Source: Octopus bimaculoides (lineage: Eukaryota). Taken from it: DNA of 34,827 nucleotides. Position 1 is the first letter of the stretch. Each line of letters opens with the position of its first letter. Shown in pieces: positions 33,100 through 34,827 of this stretch. The translations under genes and the position numbers were made by a program. Below the pieces are notes generated by a model, which worked only from the letters and a program-made list of their open reading frames with translations, did no database searches and was not told the origin of the DNA. The DNA is taken from positions 34,901,888 to 34,936,714 of the forward strand of contig NC_068983.1 of the NCBI RefSeq assembly GCF_001194135.2, written 5' to 3'.

Positions 33100-34500
33100 C
33101 CTTCTCCTTTGTCCAATACTTCGATCCTGCCCTCACAGCTGATTCTCGATCGCGCTCGAGTTTTACTAGCAAGTCTTGGGAGTGGCCACGAGAATGGACC
33201 CCAACTATGCGAACCTGTTCTCAGTTCACAGGTCCCACTCCCGAACTATACAGTCATTATATCAATGGCTGTATAGGCGCGACCTTACTGTCCCGCGAAC
33301 ATGTGGACTCCTTTCTCTTCTTTTTCCAATCCTTCCAGCCTCGAATTCTCCTGCAATCTCTCTAAACCTCCATCGAATTTCTCCACATTTCTAGCAACAT
33401 ACACCACTCCGCTCTCAACACCTATATCCACTACAAACACTGACTCACACTTCTACCCTTACTTCTCCTCCTCCCACCCTACACACACCAAGCTCTCCGT
33501 CCCCTAGTCCCAATTTCTCCGTCTACCCAGGCTTTGCAGTGACGACTATGACTTTGAGACTCAATCTCAACTCATGGCTCGCCACTTCATCCTATGGGGA
33601 TATCTCCTCACCATTATTCACATTGTCCTTTCTCGGGCTCGATCTATGGATCATGCCGCTTTCCTTTCCCCTCGCATACACCCCACTCTTACCTGTCTCC
33701 AGTTTCCCCTTACCTACCACCTCTCCAACGCACCATTCTCCAAGCCTTTCAGCGAATCTAGTCCGACCCCTCCACCTCACACATCTTCCCTAATCTACCC
33801 CTTCCACCATTCAAAGGTGCCTATAACCTGCATGACCTCCTAGTTTACAGTTTCTTCCCTACACTTGCCTCTCAGACTGACTCCTTCCCCTATTCCCACC
33901 TACGCTGTTGCACCTTCCCCTATTTCTCCAATACCACCATCCTCAATAGCACCTTTCACCGACACCTTTACCTGCAACTCTAGTAATGTTATTTACTGCA
34001 TTTTCTGCTCTCTTTGTCCTTCCTGAACATTGATCAAACAGGACACCGCTGGGTTGACCGGTTCGCGGAGCATCTCCAAGACATCAGATTCGGCAATGAC
34101 ACCCGGATCTTACGTCACTTCCACTCGACCGAGCATTCGCTACAACATCTGTCTGTGTTCGGACTGTCTCTGCACAATGGCGACCCGGACTTCTACCTGA
34201 CCATGAACAAGATTTAACCTTCTCTCTTCGTTCTTTTGCACCATCTGTACTCAACTCACTACTTTTCTACATCTGACACAGTCCCCACACGGATTCCCAC
34301 TCTTCCCACATCCAACATCCCCCAACCTACACACATGCATACCGCCTACTTCGGTACCCTCACCACACACACACACACACCATTATACAAACACCCACAC
34401 ACACTGTTTAACTCAGTACACACACCACGCACCATCATGCACACTTTAACATCCACACAAGCACATAATACCTAAACACAGACAATATATACACACACAC
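33100..34500 (+). mobile_element. Penelope-like element copy 3 (longest): RT C-terminal half, thumb, linker, GIY-YIG endonuclease, CA-rich 3' region
   Basis: EFY*QVLGVATRMDPNYANLF (RT motif B), TDSHFYPYFSSSHPTHTKLSVP*SQFLRLPRLCSDD (PLE thumb), DTFTCNSSNVIYCIFCSLCPS..IDQTGHRWVDRFAEHLQDIRFGNDT..HFHSTEHSL (GIY-YIG with Cys linker, Neptune-like by inference); multiple frameshifts. Confidence 0.92.
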
Positions 34501-34502
34501 GC

Positions 34503-34605
34503 AAAAAAGACCGATAGAATAAGTCCTGGGGTCGATTTTCTCGACTAAAAGGCGGTGCTCCAGCATGACCGCAGTCAAATGACTGAAACAAGTAAAAGAG
34601 AGTAA

Positions 34606-34608
<3 letters not shown>
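34503..34608 (+). mobile_element. SINE family B 3' tail followed by (TA)n
   Basis: AAAAGACCGATAGAATAAGTCCTGGGGTCGAT..GGCGGTGCTCCAGCATGACCGCAGTCAAATGACTGAAACAAGTAAAAGAG; homologous to the reverse complement of 19999-20130. Confidence 0.85.
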
Positions 34609-34643
<35 letters not shown>

Positions 34644-34687
34644 TATACACACATATATATATACACGTATACATATATATATATATA

Positions 34688-34827
34688 TATAGCAATGTTA
34701 ATTCTCTAAATGAAGTATTAACAGTAACTGCACGATAAAGTGTAGTATATTGCCACTTAAGTGTGGCTGACCCCTAGGGGTGGATGTTACTGTTGCTTTT
34801 AGCCCCAGGAGGACATCTCCTCCAGCT
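34688..34827 (-). mobile_element. Second copy of the hammerhead-bearing element, cut by the window end
   Basis: Collinear similarity to 27617-27735; both begin ATAGCA next to A/T-rich sequence. Confidence 0.65.

Overview
Repeat-dense eukaryotic scaffold segment with about 5.0 kb of N in 10 assembly gaps, most of them bordered by microsatellites. The SINE families and microsatellite load suggest an octopod cephalopod (inference from recall, not a database search). No complete protein-coding gene is visible, and the long ORFs in the track are artefacts of N-runs and simple repeats. The window holds: three copies of one Penelope-like retroelement (PLE) family with a GIY-YIG endonuclease, one of them keeping RT motifs; a decayed copy of a second, Naiad-like PLE; two R4/Dong-like RT remnants; two clear RTE-clade LINE 3' ends and one weak one; an internally deleted DD37D (maT) Tc1/mariner element with both TIRs; a pogo/Tigger-type MITE; and three tRNA-derived SINE families. 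The most notable signals are RNA motifs. One is an intact minimal type I hammerhead ribozyme (27795-27837, minus strand) with a palindromic stem III, inside a ~270 bp non-coding element that has a homologue cut off by the window end. A second is a doubly mutated hammerhead at the 3' terminus of a PLE (23015-23050). A few isolated plus-strand exon candidates with good splice signals could belong to a host gene with large introns, but they are unproven.
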